A DNA stretch of 64,000 nucleotides from Terriglobia bacterium (lineage in GTDB: Bacteria > Acidobacteriota > Terriglobia > JAJPHL01 > JAPKYU01): contig CBDCVK010000010.1 of NCBI GenBank assembly GCA_965223005.1, positions 1,056,001 through 1,120,000 of the forward strand, read 5' to 3'. The notes beneath the pieces were generated by a model. The model was not told where the DNA came from. It did no database searches and was given only the letters and a program-made list of their open reading frames with translations. The translations under genes were made by a program, and so were the position numbers. Shown one piece after another: positions 10,715-22,673 of the stretch. The stretch's first letter is position 1; every line of letters begins with the position of its first letter.

Positions 10715-10842
10715 CCCGAGGCTACGGGATGTTGCCGTCGGCTACCTGTGGTAGCCGGAAGTGTAGCGCATTCCAATTCCTTGCAAGCTGTTCTATCATT
10801 AGGAGAAAACTGCCGATCTCCGATGAAGCTCTGGAGGTTTGA

Positions 10843-11451
10843 ATGAACGCACTAGCCTCTGTTCACACCCTGGTGGTGAGCCAGAAAAAGGAATGGGGAG
10901 AAATTCTCAGTGGTTTTGAGACGAGAAACCGCTACGTGATTCTCTCGGAGCTGGGGGACGAGCTCTACTTTGCGGCAGAAGAGAAGGGCTCCCTGTTGCT
11001 CCGTTTGTTTCTTAAAGCCTTGAGGCCCTTCACCATCATCGTGACGCGCACCGACGGCAGCGTTGTCCTTCGACTGGAACGGCCCTTCCGCTTCTACTTC
11101 CACAAGATCGACGTGCGTGACGCCCAGGGAAGGTTGTTAGGGACTGTGGACCGCGAATTTTCTGTGGTGCGGCGGCTCTACCGGGTCTCCGACGCCACCG
11201 GAAACGTGACCTGCCAGCTGTACGGACCCATCCTTCACCCGTGGACGTTTCAGATCCGTGAGCGGTTCGGTGACATTGAGCAAGAGTCGGGCAAGATCAC
11301 CAAGAGATGGAGCGGCGCCCTGAAGGAGGTCTTCACCGCTGCGGACAACTTCGCCATCGAAATGCCTCCTGGCAAAAGTGTAGAGGCTAAAAGTGTGCTC
11401 CTGGGCGCAGTCTTCTTGATCGATTTTATCCACTTCGAGAGGCAGGGATAG
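10843..11451 (+). CDS. Phospholipid scramblase-family (tubby-like) protein
   Basis: QKKEWGEILSGFETRNRY, ITKRWSGALKEVFTAADNF, LLGAVFLIDF. Confidence 0.85.
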   Translation: MNALASVHTLVVSQKKEWGEILSGFETRNRYVILSELGDELYFAAEEKGSLLLRLFLKALRPFTIIVTRTDGSVVLRLERPFRFYFHKIDVRDAQGRLLGTVDREFSVVRRLYRVSDATGNVTCQLYGPILHPWTFQIRERFGDIEQESGKITKRWSGALKEVFTAADNFAIEMPPGKSVEAKSVLLGAVFLIDFIHFERQG

Positions 11452-11597
11452 GTTCGAGAGGAAGGATAATTTCGAGAGACAGGGATAGGCCCGGCAGGGT
11501 CAGCCCTGGGCGCGATGGGTCGCTCAAGCCGTCAGGAGACCTCCAGCCCGGCACTTCCTCCGCTCGAAGCGAACGCTTCTCCTCTTACCGAGCGGTT

Positions 11598-11668
11598 CAG
11601 CTACCCCGCAGGCAATCGATGCGCCTCGATCCCCCGCACCATTGCCCCCAACAGCCGCAGCGTCAGAT
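11598..11668 (-). mobile_element. Remnant of an IS1380-like transposase C-terminus
   Basis: Minus strand reads LTLRLLGAMVRGIEAHRLPAG*, resembling from memory the IS1380-family tail HLTRRLFGxMLRRIxALPxPAG. Confidence 0.45.
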
Positions 11669-13168
11669 CGGAGTGCAGACCGACTTCACTTCGGTGTACG
11701 CCTCGAGCACTTCATGTCCCATCTCGCGCCCCCATCCGGATTGTTTGTATCCGCCGAAAGGCAGCGCCGCATCAAAGATGTTGTAGCAGTTGATCCAAAC
11801 GGTGCCCGCACGGAGTTGAGAAGCAATGCGGTTTGCCTTTTGAATATCGCGGGTCCATATGCCTGCCGCTAATCCGTAGATCGTGTCGTTTGCTTGCGCA
11901 ATGAGTTCATTTGCGTCACGAAACGGAATGGCAGTTACTACCGGGCCGAAGATTTCCTCTTGGACTACCTTCATTCTTTCGTTGGTATTCACCAACACTG
12001 TCGGCTTTACAAAATATCCCTTCTCGCCGAGCCTGCTGCCTCCAACGACTGCCTTGGCTCCTTCTGAAAATCCGGATTCCAGGTAACCGCAGACCCGATT
12101 CAATTGTTCCTCGGAAACCAGGGGGCCCATATCAGTGGAGGACTCCAAACCAGGGCCGACATGGATTTTTTGGGCTTGTTCGGCGATGCCTTCCACCACC
12201 TTGTCAAATGATCCTTTCTCGATGTACAGCCGGGACCCGGCAGAGCAGCACTGACCGTGGTTGAAGAATATTGCGCTCGCCGCGCCAGGAATCGCGGTTT
12301 GCATATCAGCATCGTGCAACACAACGTTCGGCGATTTGCCGCCAAGTTCCAGAGAGACCTTCTTGAGATTTCCGGTGGCCGCTTGAATGATCAGCTTTCC
12401 TACCTCGGTGGATCCAGTGAACGCAACTTTATCCACTTTCGGATGAGCGGCTATCGCTGCGCCAGCCGTTTCTCCGTATCCTGGAACGATATTGACAACT
12501 CCGTCAGGGAATCCTGCTTCCTGAATCAGTTCGCCGAGTCGAATAGAGGTGAGAGGCGTCTGCTCGGCCGGCTTCAAGACCACCGTGCAGCCAGCCGCCA
12601 GCGCCGGGCCAAGCTTCCAGGCGGCCATCAAGAGCGGGAAATTCCATGGGATGATCTGTCCAACAACCCCCACCGGCTCGCGCAGGGTATATGCGAGGTA
12701 TTTCACGCCGGGGGTGTAGGGGACAGAAATTGGAATCGTATTTCCTTCGATCTTTGTCGCCCACCCGGCCATATAGCGAAATAGGTCGACCGCAAGTGGT
12801 ACGTCGGCGGCGCGGGCAACTTTGAGCGGCTTGCCATTGTCCAGAGACTCGAGTTGAGCGAACTCTTCCAGATTCTTTTCTAGGAGATCAGCGAGCTTCC
12901 AAATGAGACAGCCGCGCTCCGAGGCAGTGAGCCTTGACCACGGCCCGGTGTCAAATGCAGCCCGGGCCGAGTTAACTGCGCGATCGATATCCTCTCGGTC
13001 TCCCTCGGCAACCTGGGAAAGAACTTCTCCGGTCGCCGGATTATAGGTTGCAAATGTCTTTCCCGACGCAGATTGCACCCACTTTCCATTGATGAGCATC
13101 TTTTGAGTTGTTGAAACAAAGCGGGTTACCTTGTCATCCAACTTATGGGTTTGCGTGGCAGTGGCCAT
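11663..13168 (-). CDS. Aldehyde dehydrogenase (betaine/phenylacetaldehyde type)
   Basis: IPWNFP, FTGSTEVG, LELGGKSP, GQCC, EEIFGPV, PFGGYKQSG. Confidence 0.95.
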   Translation of the reverse strand: MATATQTHKLDDKVTRFVSTTQKMLINGKWVQSASGKTFATYNPATGEVLSQVAEGDREDIDRAVNSARAAFDTGPWSRLTASERGCLIWKLADLLEKNLEEFAQLESLDNGKPLKVARAADVPLAVDLFRYMAGWATKIEGNTIPISVPYTPGVKYLAYTLREPVGVVGQIIPWNFPLLMAAWKLGPALAAGCTVVLKPAEQTPLTSIRLGELIQEAGFPDGVVNIVPGYGETAGAAIAAHPKVDKVAFTGSTEVGKLIIQAATGNLKKVSLELGGKSPNVVLHDADMQTAIPGAASAIFFNHGQCCSAGSRLYIEKGSFDKVVEGIAEQAQKIHVGPGLESSTDMGPLVSEEQLNRVCGYLESGFSEGAKAVVGGSRLGEKGYFVKPTVLVNTNERMKVVQEEIFGPVVTAIPFRDANELIAQANDTIYGLAAGIWTRDIQKANRIASQLRAGTVWINCYNIFDAALPFGGYKQSGWGREMGHEVLEAYTEVKSVCTPI

Positions 13169-13352
13169 TGCCTTTCCTCCTTTATGTTGAAACGCTCACA
13201 GGGGCGCCTCCAGCCAGATAAAGAATGCGTGAACCCTGGCGCGGACCCCATTTATTACGCCCCCCAGTCCTGAATTGCAAGGGAAATGGTCAGCCCAGAC
13301 GGGATACTGAGAACGCCAGAGTGCTCACTCCAAGGGCCTACCTCGGCAGGTT

Positions 13353-14204
13353 CTATTTGGGGTGCTTGGTGCGGATGGCCTTGGCGCGGGCTTCCAGCTT
13401 GGCCGCCTCACCATCATCGCGCTTCGTCTTGCGTAGCATCTTGGCGTAGTTCTCCAAGATGGTGGCCACCTTGGGATGCTGCGGTCCTAAGGCGTTCTCA
13501 GAAATCGCCAGTGACCGCTTATAAAGCGGCTTAGCCTCTTCGTGCGCGTTGTCGTTGTAGTAGAGGAACGCCAGGTTGTGGAGGCTCTGACCCACGTCCA
13601 GATGCTGCGGCCCAAGGGCCTTCTCTCGGATGGCCAGCGCGCGTCGGTAGAGCCCCCCGGCCTTGCGGTATAACGTCGCGCGACTGGTCTGATCCCGCGC
13701 GCGCCCGCCCATATCGTGATACAGCTCCGCCAGGTTGTCGATGCTCTTGGCCACGTCTGGATGTTGCTCCCCCAGGGCCTTCTCCCGGATCGCCAACGCT
13801 CGTTGGTAAAGCGGCTCGGCTTCTTTGTACTTGTCCTGGGCACGATAGAGCGCCGCCAGGTTGTTGAGGCTTCGGACCAGGTCCGGATGCTCCTCTCCCA
13901 GGGCTTTTCCTTTGATCGCCAACGCACGTAGGTAGTGCGGCTCGGCCTTCGCGTACTTTCTCTGCGCTTGGTAGAGCGCCGCCAGGTTGTTCAGGGTTGT
14001 GGCCAGGCGGGGGTCTTCCTGGCCGAACTTTTCCGCCTCCTTGAGTGCAGCCACCCATTGTTTCTCAGCTTTGGCGTACTGACCACTTCGGTAAGCCTTG
14101 GCGCCGGCCATGATGTACTTCTGCCATGCGTCGCCTTGGGCCACAGCAAAGGCAGCCAAACACAAGATTGCCAGCAGCAGCCATGAAATTCTTGTTCTTG
14201 TCAT
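13353..14204 (-). CDS. Secreted TPR-repeat protein (kinesin-light-chain-like repeats)
   Basis: Signal peptide; repeated LNNLAALY...ALAIREKALG.HPD. Confidence 0.9.
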   Translation of the reverse strand: MTRTRISWLLLAILCLAAFAVAQGDAWQKYIMAGAKAYRSGQYAKAEKQWVAALKEAEKFGQEDPRLATTLNNLAALYQAQRKYAKAEPHYLRALAIKGKALGEEHPDLVRSLNNLAALYRAQDKYKEAEPLYQRALAIREKALGEQHPDVAKSIDNLAELYHDMGGRARDQTSRATLYRKAGGLYRRALAIREKALGPQHLDVGQSLHNLAFLYYNDNAHEEAKPLYKRSLAISENALGPQHPKVATILENYAKMLRKTKRDDGEAAKLEARAKAIRTKHPK

Positions 14205-14428
14205 ACTGGTCTCTAGTCTCCTTAACTGTACGAGGGCCGGTCTTCAGCTCCCCTCAGACGATGATACAACTATTTGGAAATCCGCGGATAGCCTGTATTT
14301 TGGAATCCGGATAGCTTGGCCGAAGCTTCCGTTTCAAACCAGCCCTGCATCCTCCCTCAACTCACACACAGCCATTTGCAAAGGCCTGACTCCGTGCACT
14401 GTTTGACATTAGCCCGGGGGCAAGGATA

Positions 14429-14830
14429 TTGTGCTCGGGCTCGCCGCTGGCTGGGCGGCTGGAACAGGCTGTGGAAGCGGAACTGGAGCGTCGTGGGGAA
14501 TGCTTGGTCTTTCGCGTCAAAGGAGACATGCGCCTATGGAGCCGTCCCGAGCAGGCAGAGAGCCTGCTGGAGAAGTTTCGCTCGGGGCTGGGCAATCCTC
14601 CGGCACAACTGGTGCTGAGCCTGGGCGGTGTGACTCAAGTAGACACGCGGGGGATCATGGCGCTGGCTTCGGTGCTGGAGGAATGTTCCAAGCGGAAGAT
14701 TGAACTGAAAATCGTGATGCCCTCCGGGGTGGCCGCCGAGCCGATGCGCTACGTGCGCATCTTCGCGCCATGGCCTTCATTTCCCAACGAAACGGCAGCC
14801 TTGCAGGCAGTGGGCGCACCGCCCCCGTGA
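14429..14830 (+). CDS. STAS-domain (anti-sigma antagonist-like) protein; start uncertain
   Basis: VFRVKGDM...LVLSLGGVTQVDTRGIMAL. Confidence 0.65.
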   Translation: MCSGSPLAGRLEQAVEAELERRGECLVFRVKGDMRLWSRPEQAESLLEKFRSGLGNPPAQLVLSLGGVTQVDTRGIMALASVLEECSKRKIELKIVMPSGVAAEPMRYVRIFAPWPSFPNETAALQAVGAPPP

Positions 14831-14854
14831 GCGTGGCGGGCCTGCTGGAATAGC

Positions 14855-15022
14855 TCAACACTCCGCGCTGGCCTCGGTTTGATCAAACTGGCGGAAGCTG
14901 CACTTGGGGCAGGGCGGCAGCAGTTGTCCCTTCTTCAAGCTTAAGACGTTGCCGCACTCGCCGCACTTGTAATTGGCGTCTGCCGGCGTCGTTTGAAAAC
15001 TGGAAAGTCGTTCGGTTTCCAT
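14855..15022 (-). CDS. Small zinc-ribbon protein (55 aa)
   Basis: YKCGECG...LPPCPKC; AAGGAG RBS before METERL. Confidence 0.75.
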   Translation of the reverse strand: METERLSSFQTTPADANYKCGECGNVLSLKKGQLLPPCPKCSFRQFDQTEASAEC

Positions 15023-15241
15023 CGAGACTCCTTGTGCTTCGGGGATTCCACCTCGGTCTGCGCTCCCGGACAGGCTCCCCGGCCAACGCCCCCAAAGGCG
15101 CGAACAGTCCAAAGGCGCGAAAAGTAAAGATACACTTGACCGGTTTGCCTTGTATTAGGTTAAAGTATTCGGTTCCAAGGTTGCCAGGTTGGATGGAACT
15201 CAAGGCCTGATGTTTCCCGACTCGAGCGAGGATATCTTACC

Positions 15242-16030
15242 ATGGCGCTAGCGTTGGCCCTAGTGTTGGCCCTGATCACCATTTCCAGCATGCTTGTGTT
15301 CGCCGGGCAGTACTGGTGGTTTCCCGTGCTGGCCTCCGAACACGGGGGCGCCATTGACCAGCAGATCGTCTGGACGTTCGTGCTTTGCGGCGTCATTTTC
15401 TTCGCGGCACAAATCGGGCTGGGATGGGTGATCTTCCGCTACCGCGCGCGGGGCCAGCAGACCCAATACTCGCACGGCAGCAACCGGATGGAAGTGGCCT
15501 GGACGATAGCCACCGCCATCATGTTCATCGGGATCAATCTGCTGGGGCAGAAGGTTTGGGCCGAGCGCTACTTCGCCAGTGCGCCGCGCGGGGCTATGCA
15601 GATTGAGGTGGTGGGCCAGCAGTTTGTCTGGAACATTCGCTACCCGGGCCCGGACGGCAAGTTCGGCCGCACCGACATCCACCTGGTGAACGATGCGGCC
15701 GGCAACCCCTTGGGCCTGGATGACACGGATGCCGCTGCCGGCGATGACATTGTGGTGCCGACTATGGCGGTGCCCATCAACCGCCCGGTGGAGCTGATCC
15801 TGCGCTCCAAAGACGTGACCCACAGCTTCTTTGTGCGCGAGTTGCGGCTCAAGCAAGACACCGTGCCGGGCATGGTGATCCGCGCGCATTTCACTGCCAC
15901 CCGGGTCGGCCAATACGAGATCGTCTGCGCCGAGCTCTGCGGCCTGGGGCACTACAAGATGCGCAGTTTCCTGGATGTGCTTTCGGAGCAAGACTATGAG
16001 AAGTGGTTGGAAGAACGAGCAGTTGAGTAA
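15242..16030 (+). CDS. coxB: Cytochrome c oxidase subunit II
   Basis: DVTHSF and CuA motif CAELCGLGHYKM. Confidence 0.93.
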   Translation: MALALALVLALITISSMLVFAGQYWWFPVLASEHGGAIDQQIVWTFVLCGVIFFAAQIGLGWVIFRYRARGQQTQYSHGSNRMEVAWTIATAIMFIGINLLGQKVWAERYFASAPRGAMQIEVVGQQFVWNIRYPGPDGKFGRTDIHLVNDAAGNPLGLDDTDAAAGDDIVVPTMAVPINRPVELILRSKDVTHSFFVRELRLKQDTVPGMVIRAHFTATRVGQYEIVCAELCGLGHYKMRSFLDVLSEQDYEKWLEERAVE

Positions 16031-16067
16031 CGGCCGGAGGGGCCGGCGGGGCTAAGGAGGACCAGCG

Positions 16068-17812
<1,745 letters not shown>

Positions 17813-17813
<1 letters not shown>

Positions 17814-18457
17814 TGCCGGTTGCTTCTGAAACTGTGGAGAAAGTTCCGGGCGTCGGGGGACGTGGCCCGCGCGACGGCGGCTTCGGTGATGAAGGAGGCC
17901 GTGCCGGTCCCCAACCCAACCGGCGCGTCTACCGCACGGGTATCTGGATTGCCCTGGCGCCCATCATGATGATGTTTGTCGCCTTTTCCAGCGCCTACAT
18001 CGTGCGCCGCGGCCTCGGCAGGGACTGGCAACCTCTGGAGCTGCCTGCCATCCTGTGGCTGAATACGGCGCTGCTGGCAGCCAGCAGCCTGGCCCTGGAG
18101 CGCGCTCGCGATTGCTTGAACCGCGGGCTGCGAGACGGGTTTAGCCGCTGGTGGTCGGCGACCACAGCCCTAGGCGTGGCGTTCCTGCTCGGCCAACTGG
18201 GTGCATGGTGGCAACTGACGGATCGTGGCGTCTATCTGGCCAGTAATCCCAGCAGCTCGTTCTTTTACTTGTTGACGGCCACTCACGGCCTGCACCTACT
18301 GGGCGGGGAAGTGGCGCTGTTGTATGTGGCCTTCCAGGCGGCGCGCTCGGGAGTGGGTCCGGCCCCGCGCACCGCGGTGGACGTGAGCGCCGTCTACTGG
18401 CATTTCCTGGGCGGCTTGTGGGTCTTCATCTTTTTGCTGCTTCTGGTTTGGAGGTAG
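17813..18457 (+). CDS. Heme-copper oxidase subunit III (first copy)
   Basis: SSFFYLLTATHGLHL, YWHF. Confidence 0.88.
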
Positions 18458-18463
18458 GGAAAA

Positions 18464-19087
18464 TTGTCTGACGCAATAGCACAAGCTCGGGCGGAGATTT
18501 GGGGCGGCGGAGTACGCCCCTATGCCGTGCCCTCCAAGAAGCTGGGCATGTGGCTGTTCATCATCTCTGACTCACTCACCTTCTCCGCGTTATTGGTTAC
18601 CTACAGCTACGTGCGCCTGGCCAGCGTTGACTGGCCCACCCCGTTTCATGGCTCCAGTATCGCGCTGGCCAGTGTCATGACCTTTTGCCTGCTGTCCAGC
18701 AGCTTGACCATGGTGATGGCGGTTGCCGCTGCCCATCAGGACCGTCGCAAGCAGGCCGCGCGGTGGCTTTTCGCCACCATCGCGGGCGGCCTGGCGTTTA
18801 TTGTTCTGCACGTGAATGAGTGGCTCGGTCTGATCCATGAGGGGATGACCCCGTTCAGCAACCCGTGGGGTACGCCCTTATTCGGAGCCACCTTCTTTGC
18901 CCTGACCGGCCTGCACATGACCCACGTCGCCATCGGTGTGATTTACCTGACGATCGTGGCCCTGGGGTTCCGCGCCGGTCGCTGGAGTGGAACGGACGTG
19001 GAGGTCAGCGGGCTGTACTGGCATTTTGTGGATTTGGTCTGGATGTTCATTTTCCCGCTCGTCTACTTGATGTCGACCAAGATCTAG
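18464..19087 (+). CDS. Heme-copper oxidase subunit III (second copy)
   Basis: KLGMWLFIISD, TGLHMTHV, GLYWHFVDLVW. Confidence 0.9.
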   Translation: MSDAIAQARAEIWGGGVRPYAVPSKKLGMWLFIISDSLTFSALLVTYSYVRLASVDWPTPFHGSSIALASVMTFCLLSSSLTMVMAVAAAHQDRRKQAARWLFATIAGGLAFIVLHVNEWLGLIHEGMTPFSNPWGTPLFGATFFALTGLHMTHVAIGVIYLTIVALGFRAGRWSGTDVEVSGLYWHFVDLVWMFIFPLVYLMSTKI

Positions 19088-19106
19088 CGGGCAGGGAAGG
19101 AGGAAT

Positions 19107-19418
19107 ATGAGCGCGCATAGCGAGGAGCACGCTGGAGCCGGGAACAAGCTGTATTTGTTCGTCTGGGGCTGGCTACTCGGCCTCACCGCGGTGGAGATAT
19201 TCCTCGCCTACCTGCAGATGCCGCCGGTACCGATGCTCACCCTGCTGATGGGCCTCTCCATCGTCAAGGCTGCCCTGATCATGGCCTACTTCATGCACCT
19301 GCGCTTCGAGCGGCTGCGGTTGGTGCTGACGTTGGTGCCCGCGCTGGTGATCACCATCTGCCTGCTGTTCGTGTTTTACCCCGATAGCCTCCGCATCCTG
19401 GAGTTGGGCCAGCCGTGA
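19107..19418 (+). CDS. Cytochrome c oxidase subunit IV family
   Basis: LTAVE, KAALIMAYFMHLRFE. Confidence 0.88.
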   Translation: MSAHSEEHAGAGNKLYLFVWGWLLGLTAVEIFLAYLQMPPVPMLTLLMGLSIVKAALIMAYFMHLRFERLRLVLTLVPALVITICLLFVFYPDSLRILELGQP

Positions 19419-19708
19419 CCTTTCCTCGTGCCCTCGCGCTCGCTGTCCTGCTTCTGGCGGTCACTGCTGCCCCGGCCGCCGCGCAGTGCGCCATGTGCTA
19501 CAGCACGGCCGCGGCCCAGGACTCGGAGGCTATAAAGGCACTGAACCTGGGTATCCTGGTCTTGCTGATTCCTCCTGTGGCCATCATGGTCGGCATCCTC
19601 TTGCTCGCCTTCCGCTACCGCAACTCCGATCACACGAAAGCGGAACAGACTCGCTCTCCTCAGCCCTCGCGGAAATCGTTTCAGGTGGTCTCCTCACCCA
19701 CCGTCTAA
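19415..19708 (+). CDS. Small membrane protein at the end of the cox operon
   Basis: Signal peptide, AQCAMC motif, ALNLGILVLL TM segment; overlaps the upstream stop codon. Confidence 0.7.
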   Translation: MTFPRALALAVLLLAVTAAPAAAQCAMCYSTAAAQDSEAIKALNLGILVLLIPPVAIMVGILLLAFRYRNSDHTKAEQTRSPQPSRKSFQVVSSPTV

Positions 19709-19757
19709 TCGCGCGTCATTGCGGCACGGTTCCCTCAGTGCTCGAAGGTAGGAGAAC

Positions 19758-20495
19758 ATGCTGCTGAACTTGGAGACAGATGCATTGCTCGTCGTAGACG
19801 TGCAGCCTACTTTCATGCCCGGTGGCGGCTTGCCTGTGGCGGAGGGCGATCAGGTCGTGCCAGTGGTGCGGAAACTGATGCAGCGCTTCCCGACGGCGAG
19901 CCGCTTCGCCACCAAGGAACAGCACCCTCGGGGGCATATTTCTCTGGCCAGCTCCTATGTCGGCTCTGCCCCAATGGCGCTGCTGACGGGGGCCACGGTC
20001 GCCACCTGGACCGACGCTCGGCATTGCCTTGCCCCGAACGCCCAGTTCACGCTCGCCGATTTGAAACAATACCTCAGCCAGGTGCAGGTGCAGATGCTTT
20101 GGCCCGATCATGCCCTTGCCGGCACGGCGGAAGCGGAACTGCACCCGGCGCTTTCGGAATCGGAATTCGCCTTTGTCCAGGTGAAGGGTATGGACCCGAA
20201 GTGCGACTCCTACAGCGGCTTTTTCGACAACCTCCGGCGTCCCAAGAGCCTGGCCGACCAGCTCCGGCAGAGCGGCATCCGACGTTGCTTCTTCGTGGGG
20301 TTGGCGTTCGACTACTGCGTGGGCTGGTCGGCTGAAGGGGCGGTATCCGAGGGCTTTGAAGCGGTGGTCGTTGAGGATGCGACGCGAGCGGTCAGGTTTC
20401 CCACCGGAAGCGTCGACAAGATGCGCGCCTCCTTCCGCGAGAAAAACATTGCCGTGGTGCGCTCGGCCGACCTCAAGATGTCCACCGTGGGCTAA
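19758..20495 (+). CDS. pncA: Nicotinamidase/pyrazinamidase (isochorismatase family)
   Basis: VVDVQPTFMPGG, HPRGH, WPDH, DSYSGF, GLAFDYCV. Confidence 0.88.
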   Translation: MLLNLETDALLVVDVQPTFMPGGGLPVAEGDQVVPVVRKLMQRFPTASRFATKEQHPRGHISLASSYVGSAPMALLTGATVATWTDARHCLAPNAQFTLADLKQYLSQVQVQMLWPDHALAGTAEAELHPALSESEFAFVQVKGMDPKCDSYSGFFDNLRRPKSLADQLRQSGIRRCFFVGLAFDYCVGWSAEGAVSEGFEAVVVEDATRAVRFPTGSVDKMRASFREKNIAVVRSADLKMSTVG

Positions 20496-20519
20496 CTTTA
20501 CCTTTGCCCGGAGGGCGCG

Positions 20520-22673
20520 ATGAAGGCAAGAAGAGTCTTTCTATTTTTCAGTTTACTTCTCGTCAATAGCGAAGCAGGAATTTCCGGTCAAGCTGGTTCA
20601 GGCCCACACCTGGGACAGTCTATCTCCGTAGATGTCGCGAAGAATCTGGACCGGTTGATCGCCGAAGAGGACACAGATGGCGACAAGAAAATTACAGTTG
20701 AAGATACTTATGTAAAAGAAGAGGAACGTGGAGATAAGCGTTTTTGGCTCTTGTCGACAACCGAGAAATGCTACGAAGTGATCGGAACATATTATTTGTC
20801 CAACTTGCTCCAGGAACTGAAGCTGGCCCAGGAGGCTGGATCTCAGCACGCACAAATTGAGTTTCAGAAACTCTTTGAGAGTCCTGTCCGGCGAGTTTCC
20901 CGCTCCATTCGTGAACTTTACTGGGATGGCCTGACGAGGCGCGTCGATGAGAAGAACCTTGAGCAGGCCTTAAGGGACGAGAAAGTTACAGGTAGCGGGT
21001 TGCACTACCTATATGTGCCTGCTGGGGATCCGGAGGCCTATGAGTACTTTTCGAAGGTGGCCGAGCAGCAACCAGACCGTCGGCTGCGGGTGGAGCGCCT
21101 GCCGAGGCGGATCACACCACAATACGTCAGACAAAATCTTGAAGGCAGACATGGGCTTTTGTGCCTGGCGCTGGAAAGGACATCAAAAGGTGAGCACCGC
21201 GGAGTTCCGTTTGTGGTGCCGGGAGGGCGTTTTAATGAAATGTACGGCTGGGATAGCTACTTTGAAGCGCTAGGTTTGCTGGAAGATGGCCGCGTCGATC
21301 TAGCGAAAGCCATGGTGGACAATTTCGTTTACCAGATTACTCATTATGGCAAGATCCTGAATGCCAACCGCACCTATTACCTCACGCGTTCCCAGCCTCC
21401 TTTTCTTACCTCGATGGCGTTAGCGGTCTACGATCGCCTGCCAAAGAGGACCGAAACCAAGACCTGGCTCAAGAACGTTCTTCGAGCGGCAATCAAGGAC
21501 TACTACACGGTGTGGATGAGCAAACCACGATTAACCGAGACTGGGCTCAGCCGTTACTACGGGAGTGGCCTCGGACCACCTCCGGAAGTCGAAGAGGACC
21601 ACTTTGATGCGATCTACAAACCACATGCAGATCAACGCAAGTTGGACGTGCGAGCATTCGAGAAGAAGTATAACGCCGGTGAAATCAGAGTCCCGGAACT
21701 GGACGAGTTCTTTGTTCACGACCGATGCGTCAGGGAATCGGGACACGACACAACCTACCGCTGGAGTTGGGACGGAGATCGCTGTGCTGATTTTGTCACA
21801 ATCGACCTCAATTCGCTCCTCTATAAGATTGAGGTAGATATAGCAAACACGATAGAAAAGGAGTTCGGTGGGACGCTGAGGCGAGCCGACGGTTCTGTCG
21901 AGACCAGTTCGATTTGGGGTAGACGAGCAGCAAAACGTAAGGTTCTCATCAACAAGTACCTCTGGAATAATGAGCGAGGCATGTTTTTCGACTATGACTT
22001 CAGAAATAAGAAAAAGCAGCATCTCTTTGTGAACGCCACCACGTTGTATCCTCTCTGGGCCGGCTTGGCATCTCCGGACCAGGCGAAAAAGGTTGTGGAA
22101 AACGCCTTGCCGATGCTGGAACAGGCGGGGGGCATCGTAGGTTCAACCAAGGAATCGCGCGGTCCACTCTCGGAGTCTCGACCGGCGCGCCAATGGGACT
22201 ATCCCAACGGATGGGCACCACATCAGATGTTGGCCTGGCGTGCGTTGTTAAATTACGGCTTTAATCAAACTGCGCAACGTGTAATTTACCGCTGGTTATA
22301 CACAATTACCAGAAATGCGGCAGATTATAACGGGACAGTTCCAGAGAAACTGGATGTGATCACAAGATCGCATAAGGTCTTTGCGGAGTATGGCAACGTG
22401 GGAGTGGAGTTTGCCTATATTACGAAGGAAGGCTTCGGCTGGATGAACGCATCCTACCAAGTGGGACTTAGACTTCTCTCGGCGGATCTACGGATGCATC
22501 TGGAGCGGCTTGTTCCTCCTGAGTGGCTCTTGCCTTTCTTCAATATTCCCACAAGCTCTCAGGGCATCTCCCACCCGGCATATCCCCACCACCGTTTGCC
22601 GGGCAGCTTTTTCGGAATAAGTGGCTTTAGAAACTCAATCGACTTTTCAAGTCCCTCTTTGACATCAAAATAA
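20520..22673 (+). CDS. Trehalase (GH37, neutral-trehalase type)
   Basis: DTDGDKKITVED, PGGRFNEMYGWDSY, RSQPPF, RESGHD, QWDYPNGWAPHQ, EGFGWMN. Confidence 0.92.
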   Translation: MKARRVFLFFSLLLVNSEAGISGQAGSGPHLGQSISVDVAKNLDRLIAEEDTDGDKKITVEDTYVKEEERGDKRFWLLSTTEKCYEVIGTYYLSNLLQELKLAQEAGSQHAQIEFQKLFESPVRRVSRSIRELYWDGLTRRVDEKNLEQALRDEKVTGSGLHYLYVPAGDPEAYEYFSKVAEQQPDRRLRVERLPRRITPQYVRQNLEGRHGLLCLALERTSKGEHRGVPFVVPGGRFNEMYGWDSYFEALGLLEDGRVDLAKAMVDNFVYQITHYGKILNANRTYYLTRSQPPFLTSMALAVYDRLPKRTETKTWLKNVLRAAIKDYYTVWMSKPRLTETGLSRYYGSGLGPPPEVEEDHFDAIYKPHADQRKLDVRAFEKKYNAGEIRVPELDEFFVHDRCVRESGHDTTYRWSWDGDRCADFVTIDLNSLLYKIEVDIANTIEKEFGGTLRRADGSVETSSIWGRRAAKRKVLINKYLWNNERGMFFDYDFRNKKKQHLFVNATTLYPLWAGLASPDQAKKVVENALPMLEQAGGIVGSTKESRGPLSESRPARQWDYPNGWAPHQMLAWRALLNYGFNQTAQRVIYRWLYTITRNAADYNGTVPEKLDVITRSHKVFAEYGNVGVEFAYITKEGFGWMNASYQVGLRLLSADLRMHLERLVPPEWLLPFFNIPTSSQGISHPAYPHHRLPGSFFGISGFRNSIDFSSPSLTSK

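Noticed and set aside
11434-11490. Three ~19-21-bp imperfect repeats (TTCGAGAG...GGATA) at the scramblase stop
   Set aside because: Short tandem duplication with no spacers; not CRISPR.
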